NCBI RefSeq assembly: GCF_001194135.2
Contig: NC_068981.1
Location: 149,615,108 to 149,679,107 of the forward strand
Reading direction: 5' to 3'
Length of the DNA stretch: 64,000 nucleotides
DNA from: Octopus bimaculoides
Lineage: Eukaryota
Both the position numbers and the translations under genes were made by a program. The notes under the pieces were generated by a model. The model had not been told where the DNA came from, ran no database searches, and saw nothing but the letters and a program-made list of their open reading frames with translations. Of this stretch, positions 45,608-58,296 are shown piece by piece. The stretch's first letter is position 1. Every line of letters starts with the position of its first letter.

Positions 45608-47842
45608 TATCACTATATCTATAAATGACTTTTTTGCAGAGCACTGTAAATACATGAATCCTTACAATTGCAAGGGAACTCAGTTGGGTGACTATTATGA
45701 TTTCTCCTATTAGGTTTGAAGTGTGAAAAAAAAAGGAAAAATAATAAAATAGATTTTATATGTAGGAAGGGAGGCATAATTTGTATGGACAAACAGGATT
45801 GATTCTAATGGCCGGTTTCTGGTCGTCGATAACTGATATCTACTCATCTGATTCCCAATTTGCGTTATTCTTCTGATATGATACGTCTAATTTTCACTTG
45901 AATCCTTCATTCCTTTAATAGTGCTGGCCGGTTGTGTAAATTTAGATCATATCTACAGAAACGTGCCCCACAGAATTTATTTCCATATAAAATGGGAGAA
46001 ACAGATATGCATCTCGACTTCGATTTTATGACTTAATTACAATTATGTTGAAAAAGAAATTAATTTTGAGACCCATGTGATGCATGCTATTTGTAACATA
46101 CTATACGAACATGTAGGGGATGGGCAACCTTTCAGATTGTTTTGAAGAGAGAGAGAGAGCATAATATATGCAATAAATAAAATCATGATGTTTGAAATTG
46201 CAATCTCCGATGTTTTTATTAACGTTAATTTGCGAAATAATTGTAATACACGCCACCTGAATGGTATTTGTAGTAAATTTCATTTAAAATGTTTCTTGAC
46301 AAAATCAAGGTTAGCGAGGTACAGTTCTGTAGATGTGCCCAATGGATGTAAATAAATTAAAGCCAATTTTCGTATTCAGTTTTCTATTTCTTCATAGAAC
46401 ACCCAGTAAATATGAAAGGTTACTGGAATCAACGTAATGTGATTGATGCTTGAATAAAACTTATTAGTTGCAGTGAGTAGTGTTGCAATGATTCGGGTAA
46501 CCTAAATATTAACAGAGGTTTTAAACACTACTCCGCAGTTAATTGAAATAATGCATGAAATTGAATATGATTGAAGCGTATATTTGAAATATACAATAAT
46601 CAAAAGATCCCTAAAAACTCATTTTTTAAAAAGAAATACATGAAAAACTGGGATTTATAAACATTTTCTTGAGAGTGTAGCCCTTAATAATTTGTTCCTT
46701 TTAATAAAAGTTACTTGACCTCAACTAATTAATAAGCAGTTCTCACCATTATAGAATTAGATATTACCTCCACCACAGAACTGAATTGGCTTTGCTAGTA
46801 TGGTTAAATGAAATTAAAAACTTGAATTATCTGGGGTTGACCTCTTTTTGCACAGCTATTTGCAAAACGAATAAATATTACTTTCTCATTTTTTACCAGG
46901 TTCAGTGACAATGAATTGCCGTTGACATAAAAATGCTACGCACGAATCTGTGCATTTTCTAAAGCGTGAATAGAGTAAGTAATGTGATCGTGCATACATT
47001 GCGAAATTAAACTAGGTTACATTCGACTGTAAAAGGTGGTACGATAGAAAAAGTGATGTGATTGTAAAAGTTGTTGAGTGAACTCTTTGAATTTCCCTAT
47101 AGCATTAGTTGAGTAATTAAATTTATCTTTGAAACATTGCTAATCTAATACAAGTCATATTTTGTTCGCTCTGAGCGTAGTAGTTGCAGAATTGTGCTCC
47201 AAAAGCACAAAATAATTAATTAAGACTCTTGTTTTGACAGGGCAAGCTCAAACCTCTTTTGCTATGGGAATTAGAAATGTAATGTCATGCCATATATATA
47301 TTTCATAAGGCTATTAAACACTTAAATGAAATTAAATAGCTTAGAAATATATAGACATAAATAAACGTCAACAGATGAGAATAGGAAAATATGGGCTAAT
47401 CTCTGGGCAACAGAGATCAAAGGGCTTGATGTTCTGATATAAAAATTCAAATCCCGCTAGATTTGGTATTAGGTTTTTATCTGTCTAAGATATTCATAAT
47501 AAATAACAGTAATATGATCACGTTCTATTAATTGACTACAGACCTCGCTTTTATTAATAGTTATTAAATCAGATTAAAATATATCTTTCATGCGATTCAG
47601 TAATATGCGAGCATCATTGTTACTAAATTTTACACAAAAATAAAAGAGTGAGATATATATATACTTGAGTAATTTAGAGATAGAGCATAATTCATTAACA
47701 TATTGAATGCTATTGAAGACTAATTAGATCAGATTGCTTCGGACATTCAATATTAAAGAACACTGAATGTCGCGTAAGGAGCTTTTCTAGGACCCTATCC
47801 TGCACCAATAATCTTTACATTATTAGAACTGCTCTTATTAAT

Positions 47843-47987
47843 GTGTGTGGTAAGAATTTTCCTTCATTGGGTTCCAGGTTCAGTCTCACTGCGTGGCACC
47901 TTGAGTAAATGTTTCAACTATAGCCTCGGGCTGACCAAAGACTTGTGAGTGGATTTGGTAGACGGAAACTGATGAAGCTCGTCATAT
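47843..47987 (+). mobile_element. Octopus-type SINE, 5' fragment
   Basis: GGTTCAGTCTCACTGCGTGGCACCTTG...GTGGATTTGGTAGACGGAAACTG. Confidence 0.8.
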
Positions 47988-48026
47988 GAATATATGTGTG
48001 AATGTATGTATATATATATATATATA

Positions 48027-48435
48027 TACGAGGTCTGATCAATAAGTATCCGGACTGTTGCCATAATAACAAAGTTAAAGTACGCAGAGTAAAGTTGCTT
48101 GGAACAGATTGACCTGAAATTCTGTTGTGTGTGCCCACTAAGATTTGACGTTCTACCTCACTCACATCGTTTACAGCAGTGCTTGGAAAGAACACGTATA
48201 GTGTCTGATCATCGCATTGACCATGACAGAGAAATTTATCATGATGATACCTGCTCACAGGCCTATGCAAAGTTGCAGAAAATGTACGCAGAAGAGTGTA
48301 TGAGCCGCACACAAGTGTAAGTGTACGAGTGGTTCAGACGTTTCCAAGATGGCAGAAAACATGTCAAATTTGACGAACGTCTTGGGAGACACGCAACCAG
48401 CAGAACTCAGAATAACATCGCAGATATACATGCAG
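48027..48435 (+). mobile_element. Mariner (irritans-like) 5' end with TIR and HTH region
   Basis: TACGAGGTCTGATCAATAAGTATCCGGAC TIR; AYAKLQKMYAEECMSRTQV(YEWFRRFQDGRKHVKFDERLGRHATSRT). Confidence 0.82.
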
Positions 48436-48560
48436 ATTTCGATCCAGGGAGTAGAGTTGTAGCGCTTTCAATCTTTCCCTGTAGCTGATGTGTTCCATTG
48501 ATGCAATGTTCCTGGTATAACATTGCTGAATCGCCTCAATTTCCGCTATGTATCTGAAAC

Positions 48561-48592
<32 letters not shown>

Positions 48593-48758
48593 TNNNNNNN
48601 NNNNNNNNNNNNNNNNNNNNNNNNNNNNNNNNNNNNNNNNNNNNNNNNNNNNNNNNNNNNNNNNNNNNNNNNNNNNNNNNNNNNNNNNNNNNNNNNNNNN
48701 NNNNNNNNNNNNNNNNNNNNNNNNNNNNNNNNNNNNNNNNNNNNNNNNNNNNNNNNNN

Positions 48759-48818
<60 letters not shown>

Positions 48819-51210
48819 AATATATATATATATATTATATGTACATGCATATGTATGCATATATACATATACATATATATATGTATGTGTGTGTGTAAAT
48901 ATATATATGTTTGTATTTGTGTGTGTGTGGGGGTGTATTGAAACTCTAAACGATTATTTTTATCAATCGAAATATAATTATATCACAACCGCCTGATAGA
49001 TATGTCTATACATACATACGTACTTACGCACATATATTTTATGTATAATTATCTTATGCATACCCTCATGCATACATGCATCTATTCTTCCACCCAAGTA
49101 CCAAATCAACAACCCACCTATACATACATACATACATACATACATACATACATACCTAAATACACGCATACATACATATGTGCATACGTGCATATTTATA
49201 TACATGCATGTTGCATACTTACATGCATGCTGCATACTCACATTCATGCATACATATATGCATGCTTGAATTGAAACTACTGCAGAAAGCTGGAGTATTT
49301 TTTTAAGAAAAAAATGCTATCTGCTCAATCATTTCGTTCCAAATTCAGTCAATTAGTGTCGTCTTTAGAAAATTGCTACTTCATTGCTTGAACCTGAACG
49401 TCAACTCCAAGTTGAATAGTGTCTGAATTAGTCATTGATGATAAAGAAAATAATATAATAAAATAAACCAGATTAAAATAAACATAAAATGATATATATG
49501 TATATATGAAATGAATTTGAATTCATCGTAAAACTTCTAATGCCAATTATCATTAGAAGAAGTTAAGCAGCACTACATGTGAGTGGAAAAGATAGTATTA
49601 ATCCTTGCTTATGTTTAATTTATTGATTCTAGAAGAACCTACTTGAACTGGGTTCGTCTTATGTTATATGATGCTAAACATTCGATTTGACGAATTATTT
49701 CTGATCAATGGATTATGGATTCATAACGGAAAGACAGCGAGACTAATTTGTAAGTCTCACAGACATAAGCACGGAGTAACACTCACATATACATAAACGC
49801 TTCATACACACATACACATTCGTAAGTGCGTACATGTGTATATACATACATATATAGATGTATGTTTACACACACACACACACACACACACATACACACA
49901 CACGCACACACACTTGTATATATAAGACAGAAAACAAATGAAGAAAATCAATGCAATATAGTAATGTTATGATTTTTATCAACTCTTGTGTACTGAGACA
50001 TAAAGTTCAACTTTGCTGGAATTTTGGAATTCGAAATTGGAAGGTAAATGTACGGTGCTTTCAGAGTATTTAGCTGGGTACCGTCAAGTTGCTACTCTCA
50101 GTTCTCAAAATTCTTTTTTTAGAACGGAAAATGCTGATATTCTTCATGCAAAAGAATGAAATTTTATGAATTATGTATTGTCTGCGCTTTTACAACGGGC
50201 GCTTTTGTAAAAGCAGTTCGTCAAAAGTGAGACAATTACTAGATAAAAATATGACAACAGACTTCTTGTGTTGTTTATGTTCTGAAAGAGTATTCATTTA
50301 AATACTCTGTAAACTACGGCTCAACGACGTGCTTCTATATGCGATGTCGCATTCCAATATTTTTCGTTTCCCTTAGTAAACAATAAAAATCGGCATAAAA
50401 AATTGAGAAAATGTTCGTTTTGCTAGTAAGTAGTCTCATATGATTTAATGTTTCATTAAGATAGACAAAAACCTCTCTGAAATGTTTTTACCTCATAAAA
50501 AACACGAAGAATTTCCCAAACTGCGAAAGTTTTCACACCAGAAGAGACATTAATAATGATTTTGTTACTGTACAGTTTGCAATAATGATCAATTGTGAGA
50601 AAGACGGGAGTAACAAAGATATATAATTGTCTGCTGGGGAAAGCAAGTAGATTGGCTGGTGTCACATATAATGGAGAATTGTGAAGTCACAGCCACATAA
50701 TTCATCCATCCTAAAACATTTTTCACCAGCAAACTGCATGCCAACTAATTCATTTGCATAATGATTTTTTCGTCTTTTTCGGTGTATCAAGTGAATTTTA
50801 TTTTCGTTGGTATTATAAGGGACAAACAGTGTTATCTTAGTTATAGGAATTAAATCTCAAAGTGCTCAACACCCAAGAGTTCGAGAATCTGCCACTTCTT
50901 GCACTATGACGCCTTTATCAATAGTACCCATATATATAAATATATAAATATATATAAGGTGCTGCGAAAGAAAAACCGAAAATTAACTTGAAATGACTCA
51001 TCATTAAATAAGACTAAAGATTAGAAGATAAAATATTATGGAATGCAGGAAGTATTGTGCATTATATGCTTTGGGGTATTGCAGTGTTACAGATATATAA
51101 TGCATGTAAGATTGGTCAAACAAATCTTGCCCCAATATTCTTACAGAGCAAGAAAACAAGGCATGAGAAATATTGGTTTCAAATTTTGGCAGAACGTCAG
51201 CAATTTCAGA

Positions 51211-51376
51211 GGAAGGGGTAAGTCGATTACACCGACTCTAGTGCTTAACTTGTAGCTATTTTCTCGATCTCGAAAGGATGAAATCAGTGAGATTTGAAAT
51301 CAGGACGCAATAAATAACAAAATGCTGCTAAGCATATCGCCCGGCGTGCTGACGATTCTGCTGGTTCGCTGCCTTA
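51211..51376 (-). mobile_element. tRNA-derived SINE (TAAGGC family), internally deleted
   Basis: Reverse complement TAAGGCAGCGAACCAGCAGAATCGTCAGCACGCCGGGCGATATGCTTAGC; homologous to 39459-39672. Confidence 0.75.
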
Positions 51377-51689
51377 GTCATGAGAAATATTAAAGCTTGA
51401 AACAGAATATTTTATTACAAGAGAGAAATGTAAACAAGCATAAATTTTCATACTGAAGCTGAGAACGAAGATAGTTTGGCAGTAGCTTCTTTATTCATTT
51501 ACAAAGAAAACCAGTAATTGATGGTGAATTAATTAAATCTTCCGGGATAGACCTAATTAAAGAAATGTAGCAATATCTAAAGAAATATAAGAAAATTATA
51601 CTAATTTTAAATATTAATCTTTCTTATTTTAAACAATATTTATTAGATGGTTTGATGGTGCAAATCTCATCCTGTGCACCATCCTGTGC

Positions 51690-52950
51690 AATCGACCAAT
51701 TAAGTTGATTTCAATGGTTTGGTCTGGCTCTTTTTGAATCAGCAGATGTGTCTGACAATTTAATGCTGCTATTGTTCTTTGATGAAATCACTGCTAAGCT
51801 GAAAGTGAGTGTGGAAAATGGCTTAAATGGACAACATGCATAGAAAAGCTATTGGTGAAAACAAGTTGAAAGGAATGGAGCAAACCTTACTAATCTGGTT
51901 TGGAAACAACTGGAACAAGCATCACTGGATAAGTCTACAAAGGTTCTTGTAGCATAGGAGGCACGAAATCTATAAAATTATACTGTGCCATTCACCACCA
52001 AGAACGTTGCGGAAAAATTTCGATGTGACGTGTGATAAAACCAGTTGTTTAAGAGTGAATTTTATTTAAATGCATCTCCTTAATCACTGCCTATTCGAAA
52101 CAGTTTGGGAGGATAATAACTGAAAATAGAGATTCTATAAGATGGCTAAGTTGCAGCTGTTATCTTGCGGTGTATTTTAACTCCGGGCACAGAACGACAT
52201 TTTTTAAAGTGAGAAATCTCGTGTCCAACTTCTAAATGTAGACTTACGCATCTTAACAAGTTCAAACTTAAATTAGGAGACATAAGTTAGGGGATATATG
52301 ACGTATTCTTTGGGAAAGATTTTTGACAGATACTTAACATTTTCTCACCACCATCTAAGGATAATTATCTTCAGCTACTTTTGCTACAGCCATAAAGCAG
52401 TAAATACGCACACTCTTTTCAAATTTGCTCAAGATCTTCTCCTTAGTCTAAAGCTAAAATATTAACAGCATTTTTCAAAGCATTACCAAATTTCGAAATT
52501 TACATGACTACATTATCGAAGATCTTCTATCAGATATTGAGTTGGAATATACTAATCTTCAGACAAATTATGTACCTAAAACGGTAAAAGTGAAAATTTG
52601 TTTGACTTTCACAAGTCATGAAAGACGAGATGCTTCTATAAAATTGTTTGCTCAGGGATAGATTTCAGAACAGGGTGCTACCTTTTAATCTTAAAATATA
52701 TAAAATTTGATTAAAAAAATTTCAGACTTTGTCCCTCTCCTAGAACAAGAATTTCATACTTTTTATTGATTGATATTGTCTGAAAGTTTCTGAAAATATA
52801 GGTACTCCTTTGAAAAAGAACCTTAACGTAACTTTAACTAAGACTCTTTCTGTAGCTATGTATCATCATGAAATTTTAATTCGCATTGGCATGCAAAACA
52901 TAAATGTTCCAATCTGGCCTATCTGCAGAAAATTTGACGTCTCCTCTTCT
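51690..52950 (+). mobile_element. Highly decayed hAT (Charlie/SPIN-like) transposase
   Basis: LALFESADVSD (like LALDESTDVSD), YCAIHHQERCGK (CxxH), LLNHCLF, IRWLSC (RW motif), in the expected order and spacing. Confidence 0.72.
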
Positions 52951-54663
52951 ATGTGGCCTCACGAACCTCTACAAATAGTAAACCAACTTTACTGCAAAAG
53001 ACACTCTATATGCTCTTCACAAAACGACATATTGGACTCTAGAAAAATAAGCTTGAATCGTGACGGAAATGTACAAGTATTTTCTGGCGTTAAGCTATAA
53101 GACAATAGTTTTGAAGCTTCTAATTTTATTAGACTGTGTTAAAATACTTCATTTAGTTTGTGTTGATATATTTAATTCAGGAAGGATTAACAATCTAAGT
53201 AGAGAAACTATGCTGAAAAACAGAATATTAAGCTTGTGTTGATATTGTTTTGAAGAAATGCAGAACAATATTGAACAGGCTTTTATACTATGAGAACTCG
53301 TAAAGCATAAATTCCGCTGAGCTTTATGAATTTGTGAGGACATTATCACAAAACAGATGTACTAAATTGTACAGCTGCTGGCGAAGTATAGTTTTCTAAC
53401 ATTTCTTGCATTTATTATATTAACACTGACTTGACTATCGTAATTTATTCTGAGAACATCTGAAGTTTTCACACACGTTTGCGTTGAATATAACAGTGGA
53501 GTGTACTGGTCTGAATATTAACTTTGGAGGTGAAATGTTTGAATTGGAAATCTTCACAGTTGACGTTTTTGGTATTTTTTAGGAATTGTGTGGTGTGTAA
53601 TCAGCACAAGTTGGTCTAACAAGCGTTAGAATTCTTAAGTATATCTTCTTCCAGATTCGAAATTATGGTAGTTTCGCAGTTTTGCTATCAGTAGAAGAAA
53701 ATGTCAGTCAATGTAATAATCCCTTCAAGTACTAGTTGCTTTAAGTGTATGTTTATATTTTTCTAGGTTATTGGGTCTTTTATGTCATTTCTAATCGAAT
53801 CTGAAAAGGAAAAATGTTGAGGTTTTATTATTGATGGATGGTGTTTATGAACTTCTTATGATTTTGTTATGTTTATGAGACATTAAATAAGAGAGTTCAT
53901 CTGCTTTTTGAGTTCATCCTTTATTGCCACTTCAGGTGTAGTGTAAGAGCTTTGTTGATAAGGCTGATGATTACCTATAGCATTATATTGTTTGCACAGA
54001 GTTGTATGTTGGATTAAAATATTTACTTGTGTCCAGCTATAATAACGTACATTTCATTGTTTCTTGTTATTTGTTTGTTACCCGAGGCAGCATGTGTGAT
54101 GCTCTTTTGTGGTAGATTTTTTCTTCATCTACAGGTTATCCTTAATCTTTAATCTAGTACTCATGTCCCTATCATCATTTATTCAGACTTAGTGTTCGAT
54201 AACATCAGTTGAATTAACATTTTAATTCTTCGGAAGTGATTGTAAAGGTAGGTCATCTTTTATTCATCCTCATCATAACACTATCTAGATGCCCACTTAT
54301 ATGTTGTGTGTTTTTCTGTGGTATATATTAAAGAGAAAGTTTGAATGCTGGAGCTGGTTACGCGTTATTTGAAGCTAGATACACTGATGACTTTTATCCT
54401 TCTATCGTTCTGTTTTATGTTGGAATATGGCCTCAGTACTTCTATTACTATCAGTGTTTGTCCACTTTTTGCCAGTTGTGTCTTTTCAACGTTGGACCTA
54501 TATTAAACGTTCCTTACACGCGTGCATGTCTTTCAGATACATTGTAGCCAGGATAACATTGTTGTCGTGTCACTGCCATTTAAAGACAGAAAGATGGATT
54601 TCAAATATATTTGACTAGTAATATTTACAGGTACATGCATCACTGGTTCCTTCTCTCTCTCTC

Positions 54664-54706
<43 letters not shown>

Positions 54707-55149
54707 NNNNNNNNNNNNNNNNNNNNNNNNNNNNNNNNNNNNNNNNNNNNNNNNNNNNNNNNNNNNNNNNNNNNNNNNNNNNNNNNNNNNNNNNNNNNNN
54801 NNNNNNNNNNNNNNNNNNNNNNNNNNNNNNNNNNNNNNNNNNNNNNNNNNNNNNNNNNNNNNNNNNNNNNNNNNNNNNNNNNNNNNNNNNATATAATATA
54901 TGATTAATAAATTCAAAAAGGGATAAAACTCATTTACAAGAATTTTATCAAGAAGCCAGTGTGTAAAAAAATTCATAAGGGAAATTTCTATTCCCAAGAA
55001 TATAATTATTCGTTTATATTTATATAATGGGCATTACTACAGAAAAATAATAATGCCACACACTGGACTTCTCAAAATAACCACATTTAGTACCGAATGC
55101 GAGGAAAAACAACCAACAGAAGACGACCAACTTTCTTTTAAATAACTCA

Positions 55150-55211
55150 ACTATGTATCGACTGATTTCGCGATTACTAGAATGAATCTAGATTTCGCTC
55201 ATCAGCATAGT
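55150..55211 (-). ncRNA. Canonical type I hammerhead ribozyme motif
   Basis: ACTATG-CTGATGA-GCGA(AAT CTAGA TTCAT TCTAG TAA)TCGC-GAAA-TC(AGTC)GA-TA^CATAGT. All three stems pair. Confidence 0.82.
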
Positions 55212-55640
55212 ATTGTTCCAAAAATATATATAAATAAAAAGAATTCTCACCTCACCAAACACGAACACACTACGTATCCGACAGAGTAAAGGAAATGATG
55301 TTTATCAGTATACATCTTCATCAAAGAAGCGGGAATACTTCCGGGTTGCTTTTGGGTACACGTGTGGCGACAGGAATAAAAATTCAGCATTGAATATATT
55401 CCGTGTATATATTTGATTAATAAATTCAAAAAGGGATAAAACTGTTTTACAAGAATTTTATCAAGAAGCCGGTGTGTAAAAAATATCATAAGGGACATTT
55501 CTATTCCCCGGAAGTATTCCCGCTTCTTTGATGAAGATGTATACAGATAAACTTCATTCCCTTTACTCTGTCGGATACGTAGTGTGTTCGTTTTTGGTGA
55601 GGTGAGAATTCTGTTTATTTATATATATTTTTGGAACAAT

Positions 55641-55702
55641 ACTATGCTGATGAGCGAAATCTAGATTCATTCTAGTAATCGCGAAATCGGTCGATACATG
55701 GT
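55641..55702 (+). ncRNA. Canonical type I hammerhead ribozyme motif (inverted copy)
   Basis: ACTATG-CTGATGA-GCGA...TCGC-GAAA-TC(GGTC)GA-TA^CATGGT. The two differences from the other copy lie in loop III and as a G.U pair in stem I. Predicted cleavage at 55696/55697. Confidence 0.82.
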
Positions 55703-55901
55703 TGAGTTATTTAAAAGAAAGTTGGTCGTCTTCTGTTGGTTGTTTTTCCTCGCATTCGGTACTAAATGTGGTTATTTTGAGAAGTTCAGTGTGTGACATT
55801 ATTATTTTTCTGTAGTAATGCCCATTATATAAATATAAACGAATATATATATAATATATATATAATAAATATATATAAATACACATTATGTACAGGACAT
55901 T

Positions 55902-56298
55902 ATCAACGAGTGAAAAATACGTAAACACACGAGAGAAAAGTACAAGATAAAATACCAAAAGAAGATAATTCGCTCATCAGTTGTCGGCTGTTTATTACTA
56001 ACCAATTCGTGCTTTTAACGACAAGATAAGAATATTTCATAACACAGTACCATCCAAACATTCTTAAAGTATCAAATTCGTGGTACGCCAACTTTATTGT
56101 TCGAAGCCCTAACTCTCCAAAAATTTAATACTTTTAAAGTTACTGGATGCTGCTGTCTAATGAAGTATTCCTATCTTGTCGCTAAAAGCACGAAATGGGT
56201 AGTAATAAACCGTCGACAACTGATGAGCGAATTATCTTCTTTTGGAATTTTGTCCTGTACTTTTCTCTCGTGTGTCTACGCATTTTTCACTCGTTGAT
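55902..56298. repeat. ~177-bp inverted repeat (55902-56078, 56122-56298) with a 43-nt spacer
   Basis: ATCAACGAGTGAAAAAT.CGTA.ACACACGAGAGAAAAGTACA mirrored by TGTACTTTTCTCTCGTGTGTCTACGCATTTTTCACTCGTTGAT; about 80-85% identity. Confidence 0.88.
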
Positions 56299-57176
56299 GT
56301 CCAGTACTTAATGCGTATTTTTTTTATTTATTGATAATTGAACGCCACACAGCCTTGTAGAAGAAAGTTCTTATATATATATATATATNNNNNNNNNNNN
56401 NNNNNNNNNNNNNNNNNNNNNNNNNNNNNNNNNNNNNNNNNNNNNNNNNNNNNNNNNNNNNNNNNNNNNNNNNNNNNNNNNNNNNNNNNNNNNNNNNNNN
56501 NNNNNNNNNNNNNNNNNNNNNNNNNNNNNNNNNNNNNNNNNNNNNNNNNNNNNNNNNNNNNNNNNNNNNNNNNNNNNNNNNNNNNNNNNNNNNNNNNNNN
56601 NNNNNNNNNNNNNNNNNNNNNNNNNNNNNNNNNNNNNNNNNNNNNNNNNNNNNNNNNNNNNNNNNNNNNNNNNNNNNNNNNNNNNNNNNNNNNNNNNNNN
56701 NNNNNNNNNNNNNNNNNNNNNNNNNNNNNNNNNNNNNNNNNNNNNNNNNNNNNNNNNNNNNNNNNNNNNNNNNNNNNNNNNNNNNNNNNNNNNNNNNNNN
56801 NNNNNNNNNNNNNNNNNNNNNNNNNNNNNNNNNNNNNNNNNNNNNNNNNNNNNNNNNNNNNNNNNNNNNNNNNNNNNNNNNNNNNNNNNNNNNNNNNNNN
56901 NNNNNNNNNNNNNNNNNNNNNNNNNNNNNNNNNNNNNNNNNNNNNNNNNNNNNNNNNNNNNNNNNNNNNNNNNNNNNNNNNNNNNNNNNNNNNNNNNNNN
57001 NNNNNNNNNNNNNNNNNNNNNNNNNNNNNNNNNNNNNNNNNNNNNNNNNNNNNNNNNNNNNNNNNNNNNNNNNNNNNNNNNNNNNNNNNNNNNNNNNNNN
57101 NNNNNNNNNNNNNNNNNNNNNNNNNNNNNNNNNNNNNNNNNNNNNNNNNNNTATATATATATATATATATATATAT

Positions 57177-58296
57177 TGTCTTGGCATCGCTTCGTTGACG
57201 AAGATTAGAAAGGCTGTTGTCCACGTCGTCAGCACGCTCGTTTGTGGCTGAAAAGGCCGATATGGGATCGACATATCCGATTGCAGTGATGACAGAAGTA
57301 CGGTTGTTCAGGGTCTAATGATGCAGCTGAATTATGTTTTCGCCTCTGATATTTGTCTTCAAGAACGGCTCTGCGTTTTATCTCAAAGGAGGAAACAACA
57401 TCGCTCATGGTATGGCACCAAGCAACGCAATCAGCTACTATAGTGGACAACTCACGATAATCAATGTCATAAACGCTAAGGAACTGCTTCAGGCAGTCCT
57501 TGTAACGCTTCCTTGGCGCTCTCCTCTTGCGGTGGTCTGTGGTGAGCTCACCGTACATGATCTTGGGTAGGCGGTGGTCTTTGATCATGTTAACGTGCCA
57601 TGCCCAATGCAGTTGTGTCTCAAGTAAAATGGCTTCCAGGCTAGTGACATTTGTTCGCTCGAGGAGGACCTTAGTGTTGGTAATGTAATCGTTCCAGTAA
57701 ATGTTGAGGATAGTACGGAGGCACAGTTGGTGAAAACTTCAAGGAGCCGCAGATGATAATAGTAGGGGATCCAGAACTCAGAGCCGTATAGAAGCGTCAT
57801 GAGAACGACGGCCTTGTAGACGCTGACTTTTGTGCTGATCTTAAGATGCTTGTTGCTCCACACACGCTTGTACATTCTGCCAAATGCTTTGTTTGCCTTT
57901 GCGAGTCCGTTGTCAATTTCTTTGTTGATACTTGCATCTGATGAGATAGTACATCCAAGATAACCGAACTGCTGTACCGACCTCAGTTCTGTTTCGGCTA
58001 TGGAGATGTGGGGCGGGCTGTAATGGTGTAGGAATTTAGTCTTTTTCAAGCTTACTTCTAGCCCGAAGAGTTGGGTAGCCTCTGCAAAGCAGGATGTGAC
58101 GCACTGCAGGGCTCTTTCGGTGTGTGCAACAAGTACGGCATCATCTGTAAAGAATCAGTTGCTCTTGGATCTTGATGTGAGCCTGTAGGTTGATGTGAGG
58201 CTGGAGGTTGAAAAGACTGCCGTTCAGACGGTACGTGATGTAATCGCCGTCTTCAGCGCCGAGGTCTGCAGTCGCCTGCTTCAGCATCATGCTGAA
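57177..58296 (-). mobile_element. RTE/BovB-clade LINE, 3' portion (RT C-terminal half, C-terminal zinc finger, 3' UTR), decayed
   Basis: FFSMMLKQ..YITYRLNGSLFNL, FGYLGCTISSDASINKEIDNGLAKANKAFGRM...TKVSVYKAVVLMTLLYGSE, RLPKIMYGEL...YKDCLK...CHHCNRICRSHIGLFSHKRAC. Confidence 0.92.

Larger units (their letters stand above)
54901..55844 (-). mobile_element. ORF-less retrozyme-like element: 95-bp direct repeats (54901-54995, 55414-55508) and a 338-bp inverted repeat (55008-55345, 55507-55844) carrying a hammerhead
   Basis: The direct repeats are about 90% identical. The inverted arms differ at about 9 of 338 positions. No coding potential. Confidence 0.85.

Noticed and set aside
53430-54300. T-rich region resembling a decayed retroelement on the minus strand
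   Set aside because: No diagnostic motif could be recovered in any frame.
56150-56232. Type I or II hammerhead built from GAAA at ~56192 and CTGATGA at ~56220
   Set aside because: Stem II and stem I do not pair, and GAAA is not conserved in the inverted partner arm.
1011-57274. Long X-filled ORFs spanning the N gaps
   Set aside because: They are artefacts of unknown bases and flanking (TA)n/(TATG)n tracts.
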